From: a bacterium
Lineage (GTDB): Bacteria; Patescibacteriota; CPR2; UBA1875; JAJYID01
Reading direction: 5' to 3'
DNA length: 32,955 nt
Assembly (NCBI GenBank): GCA_021791015.1
Contig: JAJYFH010000001.1
Span: 1 to 32,955, forward strand
In this document: positions 7,636-15,397 of the stretch, piece after piece
How positions within the stretch are numbered: the first letter of the stretch is position 1
Layout of the letters: every line of letters starts with the position of its first letter
The notes under the pieces: model-generated
Told to the model about the DNA's origin: nothing
Seen by the model: the letters and a program-made list of their open reading frames with translations, nothing else
Databases searched by the model: none
Made by a program: the position numbers and the translations under genes

Positions 7636-8430
7636 CTAAACACTCAAATCCCGCCGGGAGTAAGTGAAGTAGGTTGAGGCGATGAGGACGACGGTAATTA
7701 TTAGAGATAAAACCATATAAAACGGGTCGAGGCCGTTTGTAATGATAGCATGGGCTTCGAAATATTTGAACGGCGAGAGATATTTCAAGAAGTCGAGCTT
7801 GTCGTTTAAGTTAATCACAAAATACAAAATGAAGGTGAGAAGCAGAACGCTCGTAGCGATAGAGGCGCTGGACTTCTGGTGTTTGTTTATGCCGGCCACT
7901 GCCGCGCCGACCGAGAAGAATATCAGCTGGAGGAATGCCAGTCCTGCCATGAGTAAGAGAATGTCGTGATTGGCCGAGGCGCCTTTGTTGAAGTATTGAA
8001 CCATATAGATCGATGATAATGTGGTGACGAGGTTGAAAATGACTAGAATGACAAACCCTGCCAGAAGCTTGCCGGTAATGGCCTTGGCTCTAGATATCGG
8101 CTTGGAAAAGAGAAATTCTGAAGTTTTGTCGCGCTCTTCCTTGGCGATCATGTCCGAACCGATGAGAGTCGCGTGAATGGCCGCCATTATTGCGATATAA
8201 ATAAAAAGCAAGCCGTAGAAACCGGCGGCGGTCGTCAGGTCAAAGCCGCTGATACCCAAAATTATCTGCACGCTTTTGGGAAACTGTGCCATGAGCTGGT
8301 TTATCGACTGGCCGGTCGACTGATAAGCGTCGTACTTGGCCATGCCTGAACCGATGAGCGCAATCATGCCGAGCGACCAGAAAAGGATTCCCTTCCAATG
8401 CGCTTTCAATTCTCTCAAAATTACATTCAT
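7636..8430 (-). CDS. ABC-2 family transporter permease (second permease of the operon)
   Basis: 264-aa protein with about 6 TM helices and the N-terminus MNVILRELKAHWKG. It is a paralog-like partner of 8531-9331. GGAGAAATT SD upstream. Confidence 0.75.
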   Translation of the reverse strand: MNVILRELKAHWKGILFWSLGMIALIGSGMAKYDAYQSTGQSINQLMAQFPKSVQIILGISGFDLTTAAGFYGLLFIYIAIMAAIHATLIGSDMIAKEERDKTSEFLFSKPISRAKAITGKLLAGFVILVIFNLVTTLSSIYMVQYFNKGASANHDILLLMAGLAFLQLIFFSVGAAVAGINKHQKSSASIATSVLLLTFILYFVINLNDKLDFLKYLSPFKYFEAHAIITNGLDPFYMVLSLIITVVLIASTYFTYSRRDLSV

Positions 8431-8457
8431 AATTTCTCCGCTTTTCCTTTAGCCATA

Positions 8458-8517
8458 GTCATTATGATCCGGCAACTGCCGGAGAATAATCGGGATCCTT
8501 CGTCCCTCAGGATGATG
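8458..8517. repeat. degenerate hairpin-repeat units (GTCAT-type)
   Basis: GTCATTATGATCCGGCAACTGCCGGAGAATAAT is followed by GGGATCCTTCGTCCCTCAGGATGATG, whose reverse complement is CATCATCCTGAGGGACGAAGGATCC. This lies in the intercistronic spacer between the two permease genes and is related to the unit at 21172-21196. Confidence 0.55.
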
Positions 8518-8530
8518 CCAGTCAACACAT

Positions 8531-9331
8531 TCATGATGCTGCCCTCACATCTTTTTTAAGATAAATTATGAAGCTTGCAACGATGGCAACCGCGATGCAC
8601 ACCGCCTCAATGATGACGTATTTCCATTCGTAAGTGTTGTGGGCGATGATGTACTGGTAGTCGTAGAATTTAAATGGCGTTACGAGACGGACATTGTCAT
8701 TGCCGATGAAGGCGCCGATTGTCGAAACAATGAAGAAGGCAAAAACGGTCGGCAAAGTGACGCTGATTACGGATTTAATCTTGGGAATAATGACCGCAAA
8801 AAGCGCGCCGAGCGCCCAGAAAAATAATTGAACCAGAAAAAGCGTCGCGGAAATTAAGAAAAATGTTTTGGCGGAAAAGTTCGCGGTGGACACCACTCTG
8901 GCCACGCCGTATGACGCAAGCGAGAAAAAGATGTTAGTAGCGGCAAGAAGGACAAGCGCCGCAGACAGCTTGCTCGTCAAGACTTTCGTCCTGGTCACGG
9001 GCTTTGACAGCAGAAAGTCGGAGGTTTTGCCGGAATCTTCCTTGGAAATAATGCCGGTCCCGAGACTCATCGCCTGCGCCGCGCCGGCCAAAAGAACAAA
9101 GGTAAAGAGATAACCCAAGAAACCGAAGATGGTGAAGAAATTGTCCAGCGAGAGGCCGAGGGCGTTTCGATAAGCGGCCGGGATACCCGAGAGCATTTTT
9201 CTGGTGGCTTCGACGTCTTTTGTAAACCCCGGGTACAAAAGAAGAAAAACAATAGTAATTGCAGACAGCACCAGCACCCAGATGATGGTCGACTTCCTAT
9301 AGGCTTTAATTTCGCGCCAAAATATATTCAC
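8531..9331 (-). CDS. ABC-2 family transporter permease (first permease)
   Basis: 266-aa protein with about 6 TM helices, starting MNIFWREIKAYRKS. GTG start at 9331 with a GAGGAGAAAGA SD. Confidence 0.75.
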   Translation of the reverse strand: MNIFWREIKAYRKSTIIWVLVLSAITIVFLLLYPGFTKDVEATRKMLSGIPAAYRNALGLSLDNFFTIFGFLGYLFTFVLLAGAAQAMSLGTGIISKEDSGKTSDFLLSKPVTRTKVLTSKLSAALVLLAATNIFFSLASYGVARVVSTANFSAKTFFLISATLFLVQLFFWALGALFAVIIPKIKSVISVTLPTVFAFFIVSTIGAFIGNDNVRLVTPFKFYDYQYIIAHNTYEWKYVIIEAVCIAVAIVASFIIYLKKDVRAAS

Positions 9332-9342
9332 TCTTTCTCCTC

Positions 9343-9365
9343 TTACAAGGGTCAGACCCTTGCAA
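9343..9365. repeat. 23-bp palindrome TTACAAGGGTCAGACCCTTGCAA
   Basis: One mismatch from the perfect palindrome TTACAAGGGTCnGACCCTTGTAA. It lies in the ATPase-permease spacer. Confidence 0.7.
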
Positions 9366-9404
9366 TGTAAATTTGTGCTTAAATTTTCTTTAATTTATTC
9401 ATAT

Positions 9405-9427
9405 TTACAAAGGTCCGACCCTTGTAA
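9405..9427. repeat. 23-bp palindrome TTACAAAGGTCCGACCCTTGTAA (second copy)
   Basis: Same palindrome with one mismatch, 39 nt from the first copy. It ends 1 nt before the ATPase stop codon. Confidence 0.7.
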
Positions 9428-9428
9428 G

Positions 9429-10316
9429 TTACTTTTGATAATAATGCAGGAAGATCTCTTCCAGATCCGGTTCTTCGATGGAAATGTTAGCTAGATCCAG
9501 CTTGGCAATTTCACGCATAATGTCATTTAAATGGCCTCTGAAAAGGAAAGTTACAGAGTTGTCCGTAATCGACAAATCGTCGACTCCCTTGATGGCGAAA
9601 TCTTTCTTGTCCGCCTTCATAGCTGTCTCAATCCTGAATCTTTTGGTTTGATTCTCCAGCAAGTCGCTGATTTTCTCGGTCTTTATAATCTTGCCTTCCT
9701 TGATAATGGCAACCTTATCGCACATTTTCTGAACTTCGCTCAAGATGTGAGACGAGAAAAGTATAGTAGCGCCTTTTTCATTTTCTTCCTTTAGCAAATT
9801 GAAGAACTTCTGCTGGATGAGAGGATCAAGTCCGCCGGTCGGCTCGTCTAAAATAATGAGTTTCGGCTGGTGCAAGAGTCCCTGGACTATGCCAACCTTC
9901 TTTTTATTGCCATACGAAAGATCGTCGATTTTTTTGCTTAAGTCAAGATCAAGAATTCCGGATAGCTCCTGGATTCTTTTCTCGGTGAACTTCTTGTCCT
10001 TTTGATAAAAACTGGCCGAGTATTTCAAAAGGTCGATGGCTTTCATGCCGTCGTAGTAAAAGACTTCAGACGGCAGATAGCCGATTTCCTGCTTGATTTG
10101 GGGGCCATATTTTGTAATATCTTTGCCAAATATCGTGGCGCTGCCGCCGGTCGGCTTCATTAAGCCCAAAAGCGTACGAATAGTAGTGGACTTGCCGGCG
10201 CCATTCGGCCCGATAAAGCCGTAAATCTCGCCTTCTTCGACTGTCATATCGACGTCAATGATACCCCGCGCCTTGCCGTAGTATTTGGTTAATTTCTTCG
10301 TCTCGATTATATTCAT
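9429..10316 (-). CDS. ABC transporter ATP-binding protein
   Basis: Walker A GPNGAGKST, signature LSYGNKKK, Walker B LIILDEPTGGLD, H-loop SSHIL. ATG 10316 (MNIIETKKL) is preceded by a GGGGGTGA SD, and the upstream in-frame extension to 10370 is unlikely to be translated. Confidence 0.9.
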   Translation of the reverse strand: MNIIETKKLTKYYGKARGIIDVDMTVEEGEIYGFIGPNGAGKSTTIRTLLGLMKPTGGSATIFGKDITKYGPQIKQEIGYLPSEVFYYDGMKAIDLLKYSASFYQKDKKFTEKRIQELSGILDLDLSKKIDDLSYGNKKKVGIVQGLLHQPKLIILDEPTGGLDPLIQQKFFNLLKEENEKGATILFSSHILSEVQKMCDKVAIIKEGKIIKTEKISDLLENQTKRFRIETAMKADKKDFAIKGVDDLSITDNSVTFLFRGHLNDIMREIAKLDLANISIEEPDLEEIFLHYYQK

Positions 10317-10403
10317 TTTCACCCCCGCGTTAGAACTTTGTGTCTTAAGTAATGATAATGCTAACAACAATTTCCCGCAATTAAAAAATTATGGCATAAC
10401 AAG

Positions 10404-10502
10404 GTCATTCTGGCTTGCCTGTCCGCCTTGGGAGGATCCAGAATCATTTTTGCTGGATGCCGGATCAACTGATTATATTTTTAAGGAATAGTCCGGAATG
10501 AC
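10404..10502. repeat. composite GTCATTC-hairpin element (~99 bp)
   Basis: GTCATTCTGGCTTGCCTGTCCGCCTTGGGAGGATCCAGAATC is followed by GGATGCCGGATCAACTGATTATATTTTTAAGGAATAGTCCGGAATGAC. The left unit matches 3143-3198 and the right unit matches 5361-5407. Confidence 0.75.
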
Positions 10503-10524
10503 AAAATTTTTATAATTTGCATAG

Positions 10525-10552
10525 AAAAATCACCGATTGCTCGGTGATTTTT
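10525..10552 (-). terminator. rho-independent terminator (bidirectional shape) after the DUF5667 gene
   Basis: AAAAATCACCGA-TTGC-TCGGTGATTTTT forms an 8-bp GC-containing stem flanked by A-run and T-run. It lies 19 nt past the stop codon at 10571. Confidence 0.7.
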
Positions 10553-10570
10553 ACTGAATTTAAATTTGTT

Positions 10571-11185
10571 TTATTGTCCGCTTTCGCTTCCCGACTGTTC
10601 GGGTTTCTCAGAATTTGTCGGCTGCTCGGGTTGCTCCTTCGGTTCCGATACCTCCGGTTGCTCATTCTGATCTTTCTTCTCACCGTTTATGGCTTCCATG
10701 GCATTCTCGTGGCCTTTGGCACTTTCATCTATTGCCTTTTGGATAGAAGCTTTTGCCTGTTCCGGTACCTGATTTAGAACTTTTTGCATTGTTGCCTCAT
10801 GCCGGGCCGTCGCATCCTGAATCTGCTCCAGTGCATTTGTTTTGCCGGTTGCTTTGGATTGTCCGGCATACTGCGTGGCCTCGTCCATATATTTCTCATA
10901 ATCTTTCTCAGCGACAGCTTCTGCCTTTTGTTCACCTTTTTCCGCCATTTTTTTGGCCTCTGCCAATTTCTCGTTTGCAATGCTTAAAGCCTTTTGTGCC
11001 TTACCATCTTTCGAAAATGTGAAAAACATGCTAATAGAGTCCATCCATTGTTCAAGAAAATAGAACGGGCTGTCCGGCGTAAGGCCGGGATTTGGCAATG
11101 AATTGCTGCTTGTCGCCGCCAGCGCTACACCGGAAGATAGCGATAGAACAATTACGGTCGTTAAGATTATTGATAGTTTTTTCAT
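10571..11185 (-). CDS. secreted DUF5667-like protein
   Basis: Signal peptide MKKLSIILTTVIVLSLSSGVALA, then PDSPFYFLEQWMDSISMFFTFSKDGKAQKALSIANEKLAEAKKM typical of DUF5667. The C-terminus is acidic and Glu/Pro/Gln-rich. GGAGG SD upstream. Confidence 0.65.
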   Translation of the reverse strand: MKKLSIILTTVIVLSLSSGVALAATSSNSLPNPGLTPDSPFYFLEQWMDSISMFFTFSKDGKAQKALSIANEKLAEAKKMAEKGEQKAEAVAEKDYEKYMDEATQYAGQSKATGKTNALEQIQDATARHEATMQKVLNQVPEQAKASIQKAIDESAKGHENAMEAINGEKKDQNEQPEVSEPKEQPEQPTNSEKPEQSGSESGQ

Positions 11186-11207
11186 TTTTCCTCCTTAATT
11201 TATTTGG

Positions 11208-11235
11208 ATTATACCATTTATGTTAGGCTTGTCAA
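11208..11235 (-). promoter_or_regulatory. sigma70-type promoter of the DUF5667 gene
   Basis: The minus strand reads TTGACA (11235-11230), 16 nt, then TGGTATAAT (extended -10, TATAAT at 11213-11208), followed by a GGAGG SD. Confidence 0.65.
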
Positions 11236-11305
11236 ACAAAAAAGAGGTGAATTTTCAACAGTCTTATACAAGAGAAAAACCACCAGAAAATCGGTGACTT
11301 TTTCA

Positions 11306-11344
11306 TGGGGTCGGATAGTTTGCGATGTCAGAATTGAATTGATT
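11306..11344 (+). repeat. left 39-bp direct repeat (att-like) of the integrative element
   Basis: TGGGGTCGGATAGTTTGCGATGTCAGAATTGAATTGATT. The first 28 nt are identical to 18102-18129, and the full 39 nt differ at 2 positions. Confidence 0.85.
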
Positions 11345-11349
11345 AAATC

Positions 11350-12450
11350 TCAATTCCGATTAGCCAATGCCTTTTCAATCATTGCTTGACGATAATTATC
11401 TTCATAAACAAAACCCTCAAAATCTCTTCCGAAACCATCTTTCTTCTTTTCCCATTTAATATCATCATAAAATAATTTCTCTTTCAGAGCATTATTTGCC
11501 AATCGTTTAATTGTTAAAATGAAAAACAATAGACTTGCATCAAAATAATGTTGCTTATTGCGAAAAAGATATTCCTTAGGCTTGACCTTATCCCCGTGAA
11601 TTATATGATTCCTTAGAGTATAAAATCTGTCCGCCCAGTAGGCTTTGGGTGTTCCTTTTCTTCTTGTTTTACCAGTATAAGCCTCTGACCAAAAAGTTAT
11701 TTGCTTCTCATTAGTTGATGAACATAATTTTTCAATTGATTCTCTAAAATGTTTCCTTTTTTCTTTATTAGGTATTTTTAACAAGACCTCAAAAGCTGAT
11801 GTTTGCAAGGGTATTCTTACGCTTTGACTTAAAGATGGCGTATTATAATAACTTAGATAAAATATCTTTGTCGCTTCTACAATTCTCTTAAATAACATGG
11901 GTTTTTTATTCTTCAATTCCAATAACGCTTTTAATAAATGTCCATCAAATGAAACCCTATCTGGTTTAAGTAGATATGTTGGTGTTTCAAACTTCTTTTT
12001 GCCAATTTGATAACCACCAATTAACATATTTACAATAAAACCATCCTGAAGCCCGAAATAATCATTATCCATTCTGAAATTCTGAATGACTAAATCAAAA
12101 TTCTCAGAGGTATAGGCATAATGACCAGCATTTACATCTTGTCCGAGTTTTGCATTATTTGAAATATGTGAAACAAAAAAAAGATATTTTAATTCTTCTA
12201 CAGTCTCCATTTCTACTTGACTAAATTCACGAAAGTCACACTTGCCGATAGTTACTATTCCAACATCTTCAATTGCTTTCCCACCATGAATATTTGAGCA
12301 AACTAATGCTTGAACTTTTTTATACACCTCATCATCTTTAATATAATCTTTGCCTTTTAACTTGAAATTCCAAATCTTGATATCACCATCGTTAAAGAGA
12401 TACTCTTCTTTCTGTTGCATATTAAGATAAGGGAAATAAACTATCTGCAT
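11350..12450 (-). CDS. HEPN-domain protein (C-terminal RNxxxHG motif; Apea/Abi-like), N-terminal domain unknown
   Basis: 366 aa. The C-terminal helical region contains QTSAFEVLL ... WADRFYTLRNHIIHGDK. The R-N-H-I-I-H codons lie at 11596-11613, giving an Rx4H HEPN catalytic signature. The stop codon is 6 nt from the left direct repeat. Confidence 0.6.
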   Translation of the reverse strand: MQIVYFPYLNMQQKEEYLFNDGDIKIWNFKLKGKDYIKDDEVYKKVQALVCSNIHGGKAIEDVGIVTIGKCDFREFSQVEMETVEELKYLFFVSHISNNAKLGQDVNAGHYAYTSENFDLVIQNFRMDNDYFGLQDGFIVNMLIGGYQIGKKKFETPTYLLKPDRVSFDGHLLKALLELKNKKPMLFKRIVEATKIFYLSYYNTPSLSQSVRIPLQTSAFEVLLKIPNKEKRKHFRESIEKLCSSTNEKQITFWSEAYTGKTRRKGTPKAYWADRFYTLRNHIIHGDKVKPKEYLFRNKQHYFDASLLFFILTIKRLANNALKEKLFYDDIKWEKKKDGFGRDFEGFVYEDNYRQAMIEKALANRN

Positions 12451-12526
12451 AGATTCTTTTAAGATTTATTCTTAATGATTAAGCTTTTATTGCTTGGATT
12501 GATTGTCTCCTAGTTGAATAATGGGT

Positions 12527-13600
12527 TTATGTTCTGCCTGCTAAAAAGATAAAAATGAATAATATTACCGTAACTGTTGCGAAGTTGCAATCACTCTCCC
12601 TAATTTCTCCGTGAGCCACTTTGTTTCTCAAATCATATCCAAGGGGGTTAAAGAGAACATAATCCAGAAACCTGCAAAAATCTTCACTCCAAACCTTCAT
12701 CAACTCTTTTCTCTTTAATAAATGCGAATTAAGTGTTTTTAACTGGGTAGAAATGCCACCTTCTTGATTTAACCGAAGCACATCAATCCCTGCTTTTTCT
12801 GAGAATCTTAGGAAAACATTCTCAAATTGAGGTATCAAAATATGGATTGCAGAAATGTAATCTTCTTCGAAATATCTTTTGATTCCTATTTTTACTAAAG
12901 GTAAATTAGGAGCCTCTAGAATGTTTGATTGCTGAAGATATTTCATGAGAGATTTTTCGTTTAAGTTCTTCTTTTGGTCAGTTGTCCTCATAAGCTCTCT
13001 TAAAATATTCAATAAACGAAGCTTTAAATGAACTCCGATACTCAAACCATACATTTGCATTAACCATGTATATTCTCCGTCTTCTCCACCTCTTACAAGA
13101 TTCCCATCCTCATCTGTAGTATTTACAGTTACAAAGCGATATGAAATTGGCATCGTTTCCTGAGCTGATTTCTCAATCTCGGAAAACTTTGGGAAAAATC
13201 TTACTTTTGTAAGCTTGGTCAAGATTGCCTCTAAACTTGGTTCGGATAGGAAATGATTCACTTCCCTTTCCACTTCTTCCTTTGAAATTTCAGTTCTAAA
13301 TTCTGCTGTTTGATACTCATCTGATGATTTTTTGTTTAATTCTTTCACCTTGTGTTTTAATTCTTGTATTTTTTGAGAGTCCTGAAGCTCGCAAGCCTTT
13401 TCAAGCGCAGACTTATATAAGAAAGCAGCCCTCAGAAGTTCCTGTTTTTCCTCCGCCTCTTTTGCCATCTCTAAATCTAAAGATAATTCTTCTTGTTTTT
13501 CCTTCTTTTTCATCTGCTTATATTTTAACCTCTTTGTCTCTTCACATAAATACTTGTATGTTATACTTATTAAGTCTAGACCAGTAAAGATTGGAATCAT
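12527..13600 (-). CDS. DUF4209-like HEPN-domain protein (RNxxxHG) with N-terminal coiled-coil region
   Basis: 357 aa. The C-terminus IHILIPQFENVFLRFSEKAG ... NPLGYDLRNKVAHGEI matches the DUF4209 pattern. The R-N-K-V-A-H codons lie at 12611-12628. The start is uncertain, because no SD precedes ATG 13600. Confidence 0.6.
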   Translation of the reverse strand: MIPIFTGLDLISITYKYLCEETKRLKYKQMKKKEKQEELSLDLEMAKEAEEKQELLRAAFLYKSALEKACELQDSQKIQELKHKVKELNKKSSDEYQTAEFRTEISKEEVEREVNHFLSEPSLEAILTKLTKVRFFPKFSEIEKSAQETMPISYRFVTVNTTDEDGNLVRGGEDGEYTWLMQMYGLSIGVHLKLRLLNILRELMRTTDQKKNLNEKSLMKYLQQSNILEAPNLPLVKIGIKRYFEEDYISAIHILIPQFENVFLRFSEKAGIDVLRLNQEGGISTQLKTLNSHLLKRKELMKVWSEDFCRFLDYVLFNPLGYDLRNKVAHGEIRESDCNFATVTVILFIFIFLAGRT

Positions 13601-13690
13601 GTGAGTGATTGCGCCTATTTAGGGCAATCACTCGAAAAGCAGGGCGCAATCTCTGCTGGTCTAGACAACCTAGAGTGGTTGTCCTTTTTA
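13574..13690. promoter_or_regulatory. densely structured divergent control region (nested and alternative inverted repeats, three copies of a GCAATC-core motif, terminator-like hairpin)
   Basis: An 11-bp inverted repeat GTCTAGACCAG (13574-13584) pairs with CTGGTCTAGAC (13656-13666). A 10-bp inverted repeat GAGTGATTGC (13603-13612) pairs with GCAATCACTC (13624-13633). Competing with it is GATTGCGCC (13607-13615) paired with GGCGCAATC (13643-13651). The hairpin GACAACC-TAGAGT-GGTTGTC followed by CTTTTTATTT lies at 13664-13690. Confidence 0.5.
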
Positions 13691-13713
13691 TTTATTAATT
13701 TAGGAGAAAAATT

Positions 13714-14175
13714 ATGGATGAAAAAAGAAAACAAGAGATTGAAGACGAAGAAAAACTTAGACAAAAGATAAGAAAAAAGCAAAAGAGCAAAGAACAATTT
13801 GGCTGTCTCGCTGTGTTTATTGTTTTTATAATTATTGGTTTTATCGCAATCAGCATATGGGCAACTAGCAAAACTGCACCGACAGCAGAATTAAAGACCT
13901 TGGATGCAAGTGTCAGGATGGTGTCCGATGTTCCAGGTATAGAAATTACTAATAACGAAAATGTAAGTTGGAACGATTGCAAACTAAGTCTCAATAATGA
14001 CTATGACAGGACTTCCGTCCTTAAGCTTGAACCTCATAGCCCCCTGAATAATCCATATTCTCTTTTTACAAAGGACGACGGTACAAGATTTAACATTCTT
14101 CTCACTAAGCCAAAGAGCGTATTTATCAGTTGCCAAGTGAATGGCATTGAACGAACCAGTTACTATACATTTTAA
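13714..14175 (+). CDS. single-pass membrane protein, hypothetical
   Basis: AGGAGA SD 7 nt upstream. Lys/Glu-rich N-terminus, one TM helix (CLAVFIVFIIIGFIAISIWA) and a ~95-aa external domain. No family recognised. Confidence 0.65.
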   Translation: MDEKRKQEIEDEEKLRQKIRKKQKSKEQFGCLAVFIVFIIIGFIAISIWATSKTAPTAELKTLDASVRMVSDVPGIEITNNENVSWNDCKLSLNNDYDRTSVLKLEPHSPLNNPYSLFTKDDGTRFNILLTKPKSVFISCQVNGIERTSYYTF

Positions 14176-14230
14176 GCAACAGCATGATGTTGCTTACTCA
14201 TTCTAATCTTGCTATGGTAGAATACTTAAA

Positions 14231-14878
14231 ATGAGTATGAAAAAAGAGCCAAAAAGTCTATTAGAAAAATCAAGAAGAAAAGTCTCAGAAAACGCACAAC
14301 TATTAGCGTCTAATCCTGAATTTCAGGCAGACATTATCAAGCTAAGAAGAAAGTGGAATCTTCCAGATGGGGGGTTACAGTCAGGAGAAAGAGAAAAATG
14401 GTGGAAAGAAGTCCGAGACCCATCCATCAATGCAATACGCAAAGATATAATTACTCTTATCAAAAAAAATCAATTAAACCCGAAGATAATGAGTGGTCTC
14501 ATTGGTTATCTTTGGAGCAATAAAGAACAAGCGCTCATGATGACTATGCTCAGTCCGGTAGTCAAGAAGACTGTTAATGAAGATGGATTTGAAGAAATAT
14601 CGGTTGTAATTGACGAAAATACAAGCCACGCTGACTATGTCGATGCCTGGAAGAGAGTGCTGGAATTCCGAGATGATTTAGTTTATAAAAAAAGAAAAAA
14701 ACAACAACCTATAAAAAATCTTAAGAGAGACAGGAGAATATTTGAATTATGGGGAGAATCAAAAACCTCGAGACAAATTGCTGATACAATCTATGATGAG
14801 TTTGGAGAAGTAATAGGGTACGAGTATATTCCTATTCTTAAAAAAAGATTCCAAAACAGAACCGACACCAATCACTAG
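14231..14878 (+). CDS. hypothetical protein with possible C-terminal HTH
   Basis: 215 aa. The C-terminal RDRRIFELWGESKTSRQIADTIYDEFGE resembles a sigma-r4/LuxR-type HTH. An extended -10 (TGGTAGAAT, 14215-14223) sits 7 nt before the ATG with no SD. Confidence 0.6.
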   Translation: MSMKKEPKSLLEKSRRKVSENAQLLASNPEFQADIIKLRRKWNLPDGGLQSGEREKWWKEVRDPSINAIRKDIITLIKKNQLNPKIMSGLIGYLWSNKEQALMMTMLSPVVKKTVNEDGFEEISVVIDENTSHADYVDAWKRVLEFRDDLVYKKRKKQQPIKNLKRDRRIFELWGESKTSRQIADTIYDEFGEVIGYEYIPILKKRFQNRTDTNH

Positions 14879-14911
14879 CCATTGGTGTTTAGGAGAAAAA
14901 GAGATAATACA

Positions 14912-14934
14912 TTATCCTCGCTTTACGAGGATAA
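14912..14934 (+). terminator. 9-bp stem hairpin (terminator-like / SD-sequestering)
   Basis: TTATCCTCG-CTTTA-CGAGGATAA. The descending arm contains the GAGGA SD of the gene starting at 14940. Confidence 0.4.
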
Positions 14935-14939
14935 TTATT

Positions 14940-15188
14940 ATGAGTCAAGAATTAAACAATCAATTAACCAAGACCAGCGACCTGGGTTTAGCTAGTGTAA
15001 TAAACATTTATAGTCCGCTTGTAAAGTTATCGAGAGCAGATATCAGACGGGTTGAATTTGTATTTCATAAGACACCTGAGATTGAAACTTTAATTCGACA
15101 ATATTGGCAAAGAGCCCTCTCTATTGAACCTCAAGCTTATTTTCAATCAATGAAGACACTAAAGTCTAGAATATACGGAAATGAATAA
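14940..15188 (+). CDS. DUF5659-like small protein
   Basis: 82 aa. DLGLASVI...VEFVFHKTPEIETLIRQYWQRALSIEPQAYFQSMKTLKSRIYG matches my recollection of the DUF5659 pattern (YW...L.veP..f....k.LK..i). GAGGA SD upstream. Confidence 0.5.
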   Translation: MSQELNNQLTKTSDLGLASVINIYSPLVKLSRADIRRVEFVFHKTPEIETLIRQYWQRALSIEPQAYFQSMKTLKSRIYGNE

Positions 15189-15397
15189 TGGAATTAACAG
15201 AGGTACAGGTGAAAAAATTCCAAACTATTTATGAAAATCACTTTGGAATCAAAATAAGCAGTCAAGAAGCTTACAAAAGTGGTATGGCACTCTTAGTCCT
15301 AATGAAAAATATTTACAAACCCATTAGCAAAGGTGAGTTGGAGAAATTAAATGAAAATGAAGATTATAGAAACAGAAACATCACCGGAAACAGCTAA
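15188..15397 (+). CDS. hypothetical small protein
   Basis: 69 aa. The start overlaps the preceding stop (TAATG), which suggests translational coupling. Confidence 0.5.
   Translation: MELTEVQVKKFQTIYENHFGIKISSQEAYKSGMALLVLMKNIYKPISKGELEKLNENEDYRNRNITGNS

Noticed and set aside
11306-11344. Possibility that the 39-bp direct repeat is a tRNA or tmRNA 3' fragment (the classic island target)
   Set aside because: It has no T-arm-like GGTTCGAATCC-type sequence, acceptor complement or CCA. The nearest tRNA (His) is 680 nt beyond the right repeat.
11204-11389. 61-aa plus-strand ORF whose product contains WGRIVCDVRIELI
   Set aside because: The resemblance to the recombinase C-terminus comes from the left 39-bp direct repeat. 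The rest overlaps a promoter and the end of the HEPN gene. I treat it as att/remnant DNA, not a gene.
13615-13994. Minus-strand ORFs 13615-13797 and 13695-13994 opposite the 13714-14175 gene
   Set aside because: Their products are hydrophobic and low-complexity, with no SD. The plus-strand ORF has an AGGAGA SD and a sensible charged-TM-domain architecture.
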